From Candidatus Nomurabacteria bacterium (GTDB lineage: Bacteria; Patescibacteriota; Minisyncoccia; Phycocordibacterales; SBAW01): a stretch of 64,000 nt of DNA. Every line of letters begins with the position of its first letter. Positions within the stretch are counted from its first letter, which is position 1. Below the pieces are notes generated by a model that was given only the letters and a program-made list of their open reading frames with translations, was not told the origin of the DNA and did no database searches. Location: the NCBI GenBank assembly GCA_943356495.1, contig CALRFF010000002.1, forward strand, positions 165,875-229,874, given 5' to 3'. Below, one piece after another: positions 37,808-46,991 of the stretch. The position numbers and the translations under genes were made by a program.

Positions 37808-39006
37808 AGATACAACACTGCAGACTCTGTAAGGGGACTTTGAGCGAACCCAAACTCAAATTTCCACCCACTCCTCTGGCGAACGAGTATTTAAAAGACC
37901 CTACTCCGCAGGAACTTTTTCCGCTCGAGGTGTGCGTATGTACGGTGTGCGGGCATTATCAGCTGAACGAAAGCGTCGACCCTGCGCGGCTGTTTCGCTA
38001 TTATCAATATGTAGCGGGGCATTCGGCGGTTAACAAAGAGCATTTTGTACGCTACGCCGGGCATGTGGTAGAGCGTTTTGCGTTGCCGGAGGGCAGCGCG
38101 GTGCTCGATATCGCCAGCAACGACGGCATATTGCTGCAGGCGTTTAAAGAGCGGGGTATGCGGGTACTCGGCATTGATCCGGCGGAGAACTTGGCCGCGC
38201 TGGCGAATGCAAACGGCATCGAAACCATCCCCGACTTTTTTACCGAGGCGAAAGCGTTAGAAATGCGCGCACACTACGGCACATTCGACCTTGTCACGGC
38301 AAACAATGTCTTTGCGCATGTGCCCGATTTGGAGGACTTTGCAAAAGGGGTACAGGTCATGCTCGCGCCCCGCGGCGTATTTTCTTTCGAGGTGTCTTAT
38401 TTTCTCGATGTGTGTGACAAGACGCTGTTTGACACTATTTATCACGAACACTCCTCGTACCACACTCTTACGCCGCTCGTTCCGTTTTTTAAACGGCTCG
38501 GTATGGAACTCTTTGACGTAGAGCATATCGAAAATCACGGGGGCTCTGTCCGGGTGTTTGTTACGCGCGCGGGCGCGCGGCCCGTTGAGTTGCAGGTTGC
38601 TGAGCTTTTGGCAAAAGAGCAGGATATGGAAGGCAAGGTTGCACGGCTGGGGGTAAAAGTGGAGGAGTTGGGGCAGGCTTTGCGCGCCAAACTCAATGAG
38701 CTCAAGAGTGCGGGCAAGCGGATAGCAATTTTCGGCGTGCCGGCAAAGGCCACGACGTTGATATACGCGCTCGGCATCGACGAAAGAACAATAGAGTTTG
38801 CGGTAGATGATACAACGCTTAAACAAGGCACCTATACGCCGGGCAAACATATCCCGATACTGCCCTCGAACGCCATCTATGAGCGCAAGCCCGATGTCCT
38901 GCTGGTGCTGGCGTGGAATTTTGCCGATAGTATCATGCAGAAGCATGCGGCATTTACGGGTACATGGATCGTCCCTATCCCCGAATTGAAAGAATACGGT
39001 ATATGA
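37804..39006 (+). CDS. SAM-dependent sugar C-methyltransferase (TylCIII/NDP-hexose 3-C-methyltransferase-like: Zn-ribbon + MT + C-terminal domain)
   Basis: N-terminal CRLC...CTVCGH zinc ribbon, VLDIASNDG motif I, and a C-terminal domain typical of Methyltransf_13/14 C-methyltransferases. Confidence 0.65.
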   Translation: MKIQHCRLCKGTLSEPKLKFPPTPLANEYLKDPTPQELFPLEVCVCTVCGHYQLNESVDPARLFRYYQYVAGHSAVNKEHFVRYAGHVVERFALPEGSAVLDIASNDGILLQAFKERGMRVLGIDPAENLAALANANGIETIPDFFTEAKALEMRAHYGTFDLVTANNVFAHVPDLEDFAKGVQVMLAPRGVFSFEVSYFLDVCDKTLFDTIYHEHSSYHTLTPLVPFFKRLGMELFDVEHIENHGGSVRVFVTRAGARPVELQVAELLAKEQDMEGKVARLGVKVEELGQALRAKLNELKSAGKRIAIFGVPAKATTLIYALGIDERTIEFAVDDTTLKQGTYTPGKHIPILPSNAIYERKPDVLLVLAWNFADSIMQKHAAFTGTWIVPIPELKEYGI

Positions 39007-39962
39007 AAAAAATATTAGTGACCGGAAGCTGCGGGTTTATCTTTAGTAATTTTATGCGCAAAGTGATGCGCGAGAAGACGCCGTACACATTCGTGAGCGT
39101 CGACAAAGTTATTGCTCCGTATAATTTATATAACGTCGGGCTTAATAGGGACCACGCGTTTTACATGGGGGATATCGCCGATGAGGCGTTTATTAATAAC
39201 GTATTTTTGCTTGAAAAGCCGGACATCGTCATCCACGGCGCCGCCGAGAGCTTTGTCGACGCCTCGATACAAAGCGCCGGACCGTTTATCCACTCAAACG
39301 TGGTTGGCACGCAGGTGATGGTCGATATGGCGCTGAGGCACGGCGTCGAGCGTTTTGTCTATGTAAGCACCGACGAGGTCTACGGACAGCTGGGGAAGGA
39401 CGAACCGTCCTGGACCGAGGAGACTCCCATCAACCCGCGCAATCCGTACTCCGCCTCTAAAGCGGCAGGGGAGCTTATCGTGCGCGCCGCCGGCGAAACG
39501 CACGGTCTGCAATACACTATTACCCGCTGTTGCAATAATTACGGGCCGGGTCAGCCGCCCCGCAACTTGGTACCGAGGGCAATCAAATCTATTCTGGCGG
39601 ATGAACCGGTACCTATTCACGGGAGCGGCAAGTATATCCGCGAGTGGCTGTATGTTGATGACCATTGCACGGCGATACTTGCGATTCTGGAGAAATCTCC
39701 CTACAACGAAATCTACAACATCGGTTCCGGCATATCCTGTTCTAATTTGGACATGGTGCAAAAAATCGGAACGTGTCTTAACAAGACTCCGAAAATCGAA
39801 TTTATGAAAGATAGGCTCGGTCAGGACTTCAGATACTCGGTAGAGTTCTCAAAAACTCAGAAACTCGGATGGAAAATCGCGCACACGTTTGATGCGGGTA
39901 TTGAAAAGTGCGTCAAGTGGTATGTCGACAACGGATGGTTTTTACAGAGCACCGGTATGTAA
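39003..39962 (+). CDS. dTDP-glucose 4,6-dehydratase-like NDP-sugar dehydratase (extended SDR)
   Basis: ILVTGSCGFIFSNF, YVSTDEVYG, YSASKAAGE. ATGA overlap with the upstream stop. Confidence 0.7.
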   Translation: MKKILVTGSCGFIFSNFMRKVMREKTPYTFVSVDKVIAPYNLYNVGLNRDHAFYMGDIADEAFINNVFLLEKPDIVIHGAAESFVDASIQSAGPFIHSNVVGTQVMVDMALRHGVERFVYVSTDEVYGQLGKDEPSWTEETPINPRNPYSASKAAGELIVRAAGETHGLQYTITRCCNNYGPGQPPRNLVPRAIKSILADEPVPIHGSGKYIREWLYVDDHCTAILAILEKSPYNEIYNIGSGISCSNLDMVQKIGTCLNKTPKIEFMKDRLGQDFRYSVEFSKTQKLGWKIAHTFDAGIEKCVKWYVDNGWFLQSTGM

Positions 39963-41327
39963 CACATCAGGGAGAGCCTGAAGTATCGCTTGTGCGATGC
40001 GTTCCCCCGCTTTGCCGTCTTGCAATGGCCCGTACTGCTCTCGCGAGAGCAACTCGCGCCGTTCGCGGTCGAGCTCGGGATGTGCGAGATACTTCAGCAG
40101 CCACTCCAAAAGCTCCACTTTGCTTTTGACGATACGAAAGCCGCCGGTAGCGACCGCGTTACTATGGTGCTCGGTGCCGTAATAAAAGGTAGGGGTCTTG
40201 AGCCACTCTTTTACGGGCTTTAATAAAAAATCGATATTTATGACCGGCGTACCGACCACGGCGGCGTCGACGCTGATTGACGAGGTGTAGGTAACCAACA
40301 CGGCGGCATGCTTGAGCGATGAGTTGAGGTCGCGCAGGTCGGCGTCTGTCATGTCCCAGTCGCCGCCGCGCTCGGGCCCTAGCCGTATGCCCGGCAAGTC
40401 GTAGATAAGCCACGGGCGTTTAGCAATTTCCTCTTTATCTAAAAAGTCGTTGGGCTGAAAGCGCACCAACATCTGCGCATCGGGGACCTCCTTTGTTTCG
40501 TCGATCATCCGGTGCAAGAGGTCGATGAGCTCCCAGTCACTGTCGCTAAAGGTGGCACCCATGGGGGCGACCAGTACCAGTTTTTTGGCGGGATCGAGGC
40601 CCTTTTTTGCAAAAAATGTCTCCCGCGGCTCGGGCTCTTCGGTGATGTAGCGGTCGTACTGCGGTATACCAGTGAGCACGATACGCTCGGCCGGCATGTC
40701 CGCATGCCGCACAGCGTCCCTTTTAACGGCCTCGTTGTACACAATCATCACGTCGGGCAGTAGCCGCACAGTCCAACGGGCCGTCAGGCGGTCCCATGAG
40801 TTGATAAACCCAACGGTCTTGATACCGAGCCGCTTGGCCTCGCGCAGGAGCGATATCTCCACATCGTCGAAAAGGTTGGTGCACACCAACAAATCCGGCG
40901 CCTCGGCGCGCAAAAGTTCTGATACCCGCGGATCGCGGATAAGATGACGGTCGAGCGTGCGGATCACTCGGCGCACTGGCCCCATCGAGCAGATGCGATT
41001 GAGCAGAACGCCGCCGATAAAGTTGGCGTACCGCCCAGTGTCGTGAGCCAGCATGCGGCGGCGCAAGTCGGTGGTCTTGGTACGTATCGTGTATTTTTTT
41101 AGAAAGCCGAACAGCTTCTCGAACATGCCTGGCGGCGCCTCATAAAACGCGATATACGAGGTGCGCGGCAGGGTAAACTCTTGCGCATAATGAAAGGCAC
41201 GTTCCTCGCTTTGCACGAGCATCTGTAGCTCGACCTGTGGGTCGGCAAGAAGGGTCTTTACAATATCGGTCCGCAGGACATTTTTGACCGTAACGGCCTG
41301 CGTAATGGTTACAAGGACTTTTTGCAT
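39942..41327 (-). CDS. TagB/TagF-family alditol-phosphotransferase-like protein, paralog 3 (minus strand)
   Basis: KKLVLVAPMGATF, MLVRFQPNDF, LKHAAVLVTYTSSISVDAAVVGTPVINIDF. Confidence 0.45.
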   Translation of the reverse strand: MQKVLVTITQAVTVKNVLRTDIVKTLLADPQVELQMLVQSEERAFHYAQEFTLPRTSYIAFYEAPPGMFEKLFGFLKKYTIRTKTTDLRRRMLAHDTGRYANFIGGVLLNRICSMGPVRRVIRTLDRHLIRDPRVSELLRAEAPDLLVCTNLFDDVEISLLREAKRLGIKTVGFINSWDRLTARWTVRLLPDVMIVYNEAVKRDAVRHADMPAERIVLTGIPQYDRYITEEPEPRETFFAKKGLDPAKKLVLVAPMGATFSDSDWELIDLLHRMIDETKEVPDAQMLVRFQPNDFLDKEEIAKRPWLIYDLPGIRLGPERGGDWDMTDADLRDLNSSLKHAAVLVTYTSSISVDAAVVGTPVINIDFLLKPVKEWLKTPTFYYGTEHHSNAVATGGFRIVKSKVELLEWLLKYLAHPELDRERRELLSREQYGPLQDGKAGERIAQAILQALPDVLHTGAL

Positions 41328-41359
41328 GTGGTGTAGTTATATACTACTATTGCCGCTGT

Positions 41360-42538
41360 ATGAAGGTAACCTCGGTAGACATGCTGCACGCCGACGCGGG
41401 TTGGCGCCCGTGGTCGTTCGTTAAAATCGTGACCGACACGGGGCTTGTGGGCTGGAGCGAGTGCACCGACTCGCACGGTTCGCCGCGGGGCATGGAGGGG
41501 GTGGTGCGCGACTTGGCGCCGCTTATTGTGGGAGAGGACCCGCGCCGCATCGAATTGTTGCTTGCCCGCATGCACGCGCGCACGCGCCAAAGCCCCGGTA
41601 GTGTAGTCCAAAAAGCAATCGGCGGGATAGAAAACGCATTGTGGGATATTACCGGCAAGGCGCTCGGCGTGCCGGTGCACGCCCTTTTTGGCGGCGCGGT
41701 GCGTGACCAGATACCGCTGTATTGGTCGCACTGCGGCACGTCGCGCGTGCGCGCGTGGCAGACCGTAGGGAAGCCCCAGATTAAAACGCAGGCGGACCTC
41801 GACTTGTTTGGCGCAGAAGTGAAAGCCTCGGGATTTACCGCGCTCAAGACGAATATCGGCATACTCTCCGGCGAGCCGCGGGTGTATATGCCGGGATTTT
41901 ATAAAAGCGAAGGCGGCCCCGAACGTAACGCCGACACAGCGCTGCTAAAAGAAATAGACGCCTGGGTCGGCGGCATGCGCCGCGCGGTGGGGGACGATAT
42001 CGGCATTGCGCTCGACCTTAACTTTAACTTTAAGACCGAAGGGTACATTAAGGTCGGCCGCATGTTAGAGAAATATAATTTATTGTGGCTCGAGATAGAC
42101 ACCTACGACCCCGATGCCCTGCGGCAGATAAAAGACGCAGTACGCACGCCGGTTACTTCGTGCGAAAACCTGTACGGTTTGCGCCAATATCGCCCCTATT
42201 TTGAAAAGCATGCCATGGACGTCGCTTCGGTAGATGTTATTTGGAACGGATTTTCCGAATCAAAAAAAATAGCCGACATGGCCAACTTGTATGAAATGAA
42301 CGTCACCCCGCACAACTACAACGGGCATCTTTCGACCGCGATAAGCGCTCATTTTTGCGCGCTGGTACCGAACCTGCGCATGATGGAAGTCGACGTGGAC
42401 GACGTGCCGTGGCGCGACGAGTTGTTTACCGCGGTGCCTAAGGTGGTAAACGGCATGCTCGGCGTACCGCAAAGTCCCGGTTGGGGAGTCGATGTCAATG
42501 AAGAGGTACTTAAAGCGCATCCGTGGCCAAAACCATAA
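41360..42538 (+). CDS. Enolase-superfamily enzyme (mandelate racemase/muconate lactonizing enzyme family; acid-sugar dehydratase-like)
   Basis: SFVKIVTDTGLVGWSEC, ALDLNFNF, metal-ligand spacing typical of the galactonate/rhamnonate dehydratase subgroup. Confidence 0.75.
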   Translation: MKVTSVDMLHADAGWRPWSFVKIVTDTGLVGWSECTDSHGSPRGMEGVVRDLAPLIVGEDPRRIELLLARMHARTRQSPGSVVQKAIGGIENALWDITGKALGVPVHALFGGAVRDQIPLYWSHCGTSRVRAWQTVGKPQIKTQADLDLFGAEVKASGFTALKTNIGILSGEPRVYMPGFYKSEGGPERNADTALLKEIDAWVGGMRRAVGDDIGIALDLNFNFKTEGYIKVGRMLEKYNLLWLEIDTYDPDALRQIKDAVRTPVTSCENLYGLRQYRPYFEKHAMDVASVDVIWNGFSESKKIADMANLYEMNVTPHNYNGHLSTAISAHFCALVPNLRMMEVDVDDVPWRDELFTAVPKVVNGMLGVPQSPGWGVDVNEEVLKAHPWPKP

Positions 42539-43365
42539 TCCCTAAGACTATAGGCATACTCGGCCCCGGCGCCATCGGGGGTCTTTTGGCGCAGCGCTTG
42601 GCCGCCTGCGGGCATCGCATGGTGCTACTTGGCCGCGGCGAACGGCTTACCGAGCCGGTCGACCTGCTTTTTATAACCGTTAAGTCGCCGCATCTTGTCG
42701 AGGCGCTTGCCCAAGTGCCGCGCGAGCATGTGGTGGGCGCGGTAACCGTGCCGCTCTTAAACGGCGCGGGTCATGCGGCAGCCGTCCGCGCCGCGCTCGG
42801 CACGCCGGTTGCTGCAGGCACTATCGGTTCGGTCGAGGCAGTAGTTGAAGACGGTGTGGCAAAACAGTTGTCGGTTAATCCGCCGCATATAGACCTTGCC
42901 TCGCGCGAAGTGTCGCGCGAAATGCTCAATACTATAGCCGAGATACTGCGCGACGCGGGGCTGAGCGTCTCGGTCTTAGATAGCGAAGAAGAAGTGGTAT
43001 GGAAAAAGTTGGTGCGGCTTAACGCGATAGCCACCGCCACCGCCGCGGCAGGCCAGCCACTGGGTATGGTGCGCACCGACCCTGTGTGGCGCCCCGTGCT
43101 TGAAGCGTTAGTGCAAGAAAGTTCTGCGGTTGCCGCCGCCGAAGGGGTTGCGGTACCGCCCGCACAAGTACTTGCCGACATCGACAAGTTGCCGGCATCG
43201 CTTATGACGTCGCTCCAACGCGATATCGCGGCGGGGAAACCATCGGAACTCGATGCCATACCGGGCGGGGTGCTTGCGCTTGCGGCGCGCTACGGCGTGG
43301 CGTGCCCCGTGCTTGCGGCGCAGTATGCCGCCTTGATAAAACACACAAAGTCGCCAATAGTATAA
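42523..43365 (+). CDS. 2-dehydropantoate 2-reductase (ketopantoate reductase, ApbA/PanE) family oxidoreductase
   Basis: IGILGPGAIGGLLAQRLAACGH Rossmann N-terminus, ApbA_C-like VWKKLVRLNAIATATAAAG. Confidence 0.65.
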   Translation: MAKTIIPKTIGILGPGAIGGLLAQRLAACGHRMVLLGRGERLTEPVDLLFITVKSPHLVEALAQVPREHVVGAVTVPLLNGAGHAAAVRAALGTPVAAGTIGSVEAVVEDGVAKQLSVNPPHIDLASREVSREMLNTIAEILRDAGLSVSVLDSEEEVVWKKLVRLNAIATATAAAGQPLGMVRTDPVWRPVLEALVQESSAVAAAEGVAVPPAQVLADIDKLPASLMTSLQRDIAAGKPSELDAIPGGVLALAARYGVACPVLAAQYAALIKHTKSPIV

Positions 43366-43369
43366 CGGT

Positions 43370-44104
43370 ATGGATAGCGCGCCGAAGATTATGGTGCTTG
43401 TGGGCATACGCTCGGGCTCTAAGGGCGTGCCTAATAAAAATATACGGCCCTTGGCGGGCAAGCCCTTGGTCGGCTGGATACTTGAGGCCGCCGCGCGCTC
43501 AAAGCACGTCAATCGGATTGTCGTGTCGACCGACAGCGAAGAGTATGCCGCAGTAGCGCGTAGCTTTGGCGCCGAGGTGCCGGTGCTGCGCCCTGTCGAG
43601 CTTGCGGCAGACCGCTCTCCGGAGTTTGAGTATGTCAAACACATGCTGGCGTGGTTGCGCGAACACGAAGGCTACGAGCCCGACCTTGTGGTGCGTGCGA
43701 TGGCGACGGTGCCGCTACAATCAACCGAGGACATCGACGGCGTGGTGGAGCTGTTGCTCGGCGACTCCGCGGCGGACTCGGCGGTAGTCGTTGCCGAGGC
43801 GCATCAGCATCCGCACAAAGCGTTAAAAATAGTAGAGGAGGGAGGGCATAAAAAAGTACTCACCTATTTTACCGACAGCGGCCGCGAGGTAACGCCGCTT
43901 GCGCGCCAAGGGTACGAAAAAGCCTACTTCCGCGCCAACATTATCGCGTTCCGTCCGCGGGTTATTAAAGACACCGACTCGCTTACCGGCGACACCGTGC
44001 GGCCGTACGTCATACCGCAGGACCGTGCGGTCGATATAGACAGTGAAGCGGATTTTTTTATCATCGAACAGCTTATCAATAGCCGCCGCGGGGAAAACCG
44101 ATAA
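43370..44104 (+). CDS. Acylneuraminate cytidylyltransferase-like (CMP-ulosonic acid synthetase family, CTP_transf_3), copy 1
   Basis: VGIRSGSKGVPNKNIRPLAGKPLVGW (NeuA/KdsB-type motif). Confidence 0.75.
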   Translation: MDSAPKIMVLVGIRSGSKGVPNKNIRPLAGKPLVGWILEAAARSKHVNRIVVSTDSEEYAAVARSFGAEVPVLRPVELAADRSPEFEYVKHMLAWLREHEGYEPDLVVRAMATVPLQSTEDIDGVVELLLGDSAADSAVVVAEAHQHPHKALKIVEEGGHKKVLTYFTDSGREVTPLARQGYEKAYFRANIIAFRPRVIKDTDSLTGDTVRPYVIPQDRAVDIDSEADFFIIEQLINSRRGENR

Positions 44105-44109
44105 TTCGT

Positions 44110-44526
44110 ATGGCCGTACATATTATAAAAGCGCAGATAGACGAAACGCTTGCCGCGGCGCCGCTGCAGGGCAAACATCTCGTCGAGCCGCTCAAAAGCA
44201 TTGCCGCCCAAACCGGCTTCCCGCTTAAAGTGCTTGAGGACGTTGCCGTAGTAAACGAGGCCGAGATACATAAGACCGAAGGCGACCTCTGGCAATGCGT
44301 CGAAGGAGAGGTGGAGTTTATATGCGGGGGCGAATTGGTTGACCCGCGTTTTGTTAAACGCGCCGACGGCTCGGACAATACTGATGAGCTTAAGGCGGCG
44401 GAGATACGCGGCGGCGTTAAAACTATACTGCGTCCCGGCGATTGGCTGTGGATACCTCCGGGCGAGCCGCACGTGCACTCATGTGCCGGCGTCGCGCGGT
44501 TGCTTATAGTTAAAATTCCGCGGTAA
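44110..44526 (+). CDS. Cupin-fold protein
   Basis: Small beta-rich protein ending LRPGDWLWIPPGEPHVH. Cupin assignment is tentative. Confidence 0.35.
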   Translation: MAVHIIKAQIDETLAAAPLQGKHLVEPLKSIAAQTGFPLKVLEDVAVVNEAEIHKTEGDLWQCVEGEVEFICGGELVDPRFVKRADGSDNTDELKAAEIRGGVKTILRPGDWLWIPPGEPHVHSCAGVARLLIVKIPR

Positions 44527-44529
44527 TCT

Positions 44530-44578
44530 TGACAAAAATAATTTTTGTGATTACTGTATGCGCAGAGTCAACTGAGGA
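44530..44578 (+). promoter_or_regulatory. Internal sigma70-like promoter (TTGACA-17-TACTGT) plus strong SD (GAGGAG) ahead of the second cupin gene
   Basis: TTGACAAAAATAATTTTTGTGATTACTGT ... TGAGGAGATCTTCCATG read directly from the sequence. Confidence 0.45.
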
Positions 44579-44586
44579 GATCTTCC

Positions 44587-45018
44587 ATGGCTAAACACAT
44601 CGGTGTTGAGTTCGTTGAGCCCAAAGAAGTCGGCCCGCGGCCATGGGGGCGCGAGCTCCTTATCGGCGTGGTACCGGGGCACTACAGCTTCAAGATTCTG
44701 GAAGTGAAGGCCGGCAACAAGGGCGGCCTCCAGAAGCATCACCAGAAGGACGAGATGGGGTATCTGGTGTCGGGGCGGCTTATTGTGCGCTTTGACCCCG
44801 GCACCGGCACGATTGAGGAGAAGGTACTCGGTCCCGGCGCCTGCTTCCACTTTCCGCCCGGGGCGGTGCATCAGGAAGAGGCTCTGACCGACTGCGTCAT
44901 CATCGAAGCCTCGACCCCGCACTTTAACGACCGGGTGCGGATGGAGCCCCAGTACGGGATGGAAATCCCGCCGGGTGGGCTCCCTTCAACCAAGCCCGAG
45001 GACGTCGAAACCCGCTGA
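44587..45018 (+). CDS. Cupin_2 domain protein (resembles the C-terminal cupin of mannose-6-phosphate isomerase/GDP-mannose pyrophosphorylase)
   Basis: PWGRELLIG ... KAGNKGGLQKHHQKDEMGYLVSGRL ... FHFPPGAVHQEE. Confidence 0.55.
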   Translation: MAKHIGVEFVEPKEVGPRPWGRELLIGVVPGHYSFKILEVKAGNKGGLQKHHQKDEMGYLVSGRLIVRFDPGTGTIEEKVLGPGACFHFPPGAVHQEEALTDCVIIEASTPHFNDRVRMEPQYGMEIPPGGLPSTKPEDVETR

Positions 45019-45107
45019 ATATGCAACCTTTTCCCCCGTGTGCCGTTATAAATGGCACCCGGGGTATTTTCTTGATAGAAACAAAACCTTGTGGTACAGT
45101 GCGACCC

Positions 45108-46244
45108 ATGTCAGAGAGCCCAAAACCCAACTTCCGGGAGCAATTGCGCGGTGCTAAAAGCACCTTTTATCTCAGTGCTCAAAAGATAGGTCACGGCCAG
45201 CCGGCGTACTTTATCGCCGAGATAGGCAACAACCACAACGGAGACTTTTTTCTTGCCAAACGCAGTATCGAAGAAGCGGCCAAGGCGGGCGCTCACGCGG
45301 TCAAATTTCAAAAACGCTCTATCAACGACACGTTTGCAAAAGAGTTGCGCGATAAGCCCCAGACCAAAGGTGACATTAAAGGCACTACGTACGGCACCTA
45401 TCGCGAAGGGCTTGAGCTTTCGTTCGAGCAGTTTGTCGAGCTTAAAAAGGTCGCCGAGTTCCACAAGGTCGCCTTTTTTGCGACTCCGTTTGATATACCG
45501 AGCGTCGACTTTTTGGAAAAGGTAGGGGTGCCGTTTTATAAAATAGCGTCCTTCGATGTTACTAACCTGCCGCTTCTTGCGCGCGTTGCCGAAACAAAGA
45601 AGCCGGTCATACTCTCGACCGGCATGGCCACACTCGAAGAGATAGATGAGGCTGTCTCCACGATACTTGCGCACCACAACGAGCTCGCAATTTTGCACTG
45701 CGTTTCTATTTACCCGTCTCCGGACGAGGTTATTAATATCGGCGGCATCAAAATTTTGGAGCGGCGCTACCACCCGTTGCCGATAGGCTACTCGGGCCAC
45801 GAGCAGGACATATTGGCCAGCCTGACCGCCGTCGCGCTCGGCGCATCTATTGTCGAGCGGCATTTTACCCTGTCGCGTTTGCTCCCCGGCCCCGACCATG
45901 CGTCGGTGTCGATAGAACCCCACACCTTTGCCGAGATGGTGCGCTCGGCCGCGCGTATGCGCACTATCCGCGGCACTCGCGGCAAAGAGCTTCTTGATGC
46001 GGAAAAAGTAACCCGCGACAAGCACGGCAAAAGCGTCGTTGCAAAAGTCGCCATACCTAAAGGTGCGATCATTACCGAAGCTATGCTTACCTGCAAGAGC
46101 CCCGGGTACGGACTGAAGCCCCGCGACCTACCGGCGTTGGTCGGTTTGCGTACCACGTGCGCTATTGATGCCGACGCCGTTATCCGACGCGAGGACATCG
46201 CTTGGGAAGACCGCTTGGTCCCCGCCGTACACCCGCAGTCATGA
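45108..46244 (+). CDS. N-acetylneuraminate synthase family (NeuB/LegI/PseI-like PEP-condensing synthase) with C-terminal SAF domain
   Basis: YFIAEIGNNHNGDFFLAKRSIEEAAKAGAHAVKFQKR, plus a C-terminal antifreeze-like/SAF region. Start at MSESPK. Confidence 0.8.
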   Translation: MSESPKPNFREQLRGAKSTFYLSAQKIGHGQPAYFIAEIGNNHNGDFFLAKRSIEEAAKAGAHAVKFQKRSINDTFAKELRDKPQTKGDIKGTTYGTYREGLELSFEQFVELKKVAEFHKVAFFATPFDIPSVDFLEKVGVPFYKIASFDVTNLPLLARVAETKKPVILSTGMATLEEIDEAVSTILAHHNELAILHCVSIYPSPDEVINIGGIKILERRYHPLPIGYSGHEQDILASLTAVALGASIVERHFTLSRLLPGPDHASVSIEPHTFAEMVRSAARMRTIRGTRGKELLDAEKVTRDKHGKSVVAKVAIPKGAIITEAMLTCKSPGYGLKPRDLPALVGLRTTCAIDADAVIRREDIAWEDRLVPAVHPQS

Positions 46245-46990
46245 GCGTCCCAAAAATTTTAGCCGTTATACCCGTGCGCGGGGGCTCTAAGTCGGTCCCG
46301 CGCAAAAATATCCGCCTGCTCGGAGGCAAGCCTTTGGTTGCGCACGTACTCGATGCGGCGCTCGACTCGAAGATGCTTACTTGTGTGGCGGTGTCCTCTG
46401 AAGACCCGGAGATTCTTGCGGTCGCCGCCCAGCACGGCCGCGGTCGCGCGGAAATTATTACCCGCCCCGCGGCGTTGGCTCAGGACGACACGCCCTCCTT
46501 GCCGGTTATTGTGCACGCGGTCGAGGAGCTGGAAAAAAAGCACGGCCGCTTTGACTACGTGGTCATGTTGCAGGCGACTACTCCTTTTGTGCGCACGGAA
46601 GACATAGACGCCTCTCTGAAACTCCTTTTAGATGCCGGCACCGACTCGGTGTTTTCGGTCTGCAAGGCGACCTCGTATCATCCTGCAAAAATGAAGCGCA
46701 TTACCGACGATAACCGCTTGGTGCAGTATGTCGAAGGTATGCCTGAAACCCAGTTTACCCGACAGAAGTTAGATCCAGTATACCGCCGCAACGGCGGGAT
46801 ATACGCGCACAAGCGCGCGGTCGTTATGGAGCGGGGGCTCCTGTACGGTTCGGACAGTACGGTGTGCCGGCCGTATATCATGAGCGACGAACGCTCGGTC
46901 GACATAAACAGCATGGCCGACTTTTTGGCGGCTGAAGCCATTTTCGGCTATTTGCAGGCAGGAGGAGAAGAAAAGTTCGGTAAAAAATAA
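46241..46990 (+). CDS. Acylneuraminate cytidylyltransferase-like (CTP_transf_3), copy 2
   Basis: LAVIPVRGGSKSVPRKNIRLLGGKPLVAHVL. ATGA overlap with the upstream stop. Confidence 0.75.
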   Translation: MSVPKILAVIPVRGGSKSVPRKNIRLLGGKPLVAHVLDAALDSKMLTCVAVSSEDPEILAVAAQHGRGRAEIITRPAALAQDDTPSLPVIVHAVEELEKKHGRFDYVVMLQATTPFVRTEDIDASLKLLLDAGTDSVFSVCKATSYHPAKMKRITDDNRLVQYVEGMPETQFTRQKLDPVYRRNGGIYAHKRAVVMERGLLYGSDSTVCRPYIMSDERSVDINSMADFLAAEAIFGYLQAGGEEKFGKK

Positions 46991-46991
46991 T

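Noticed and set aside
45111-46025. 304-aa minus-strand ORF antisense to the NeuB-like gene
   Set aside because: Arg/Lys-rich antisense frame. The sense gene has strong NeuB motifs.
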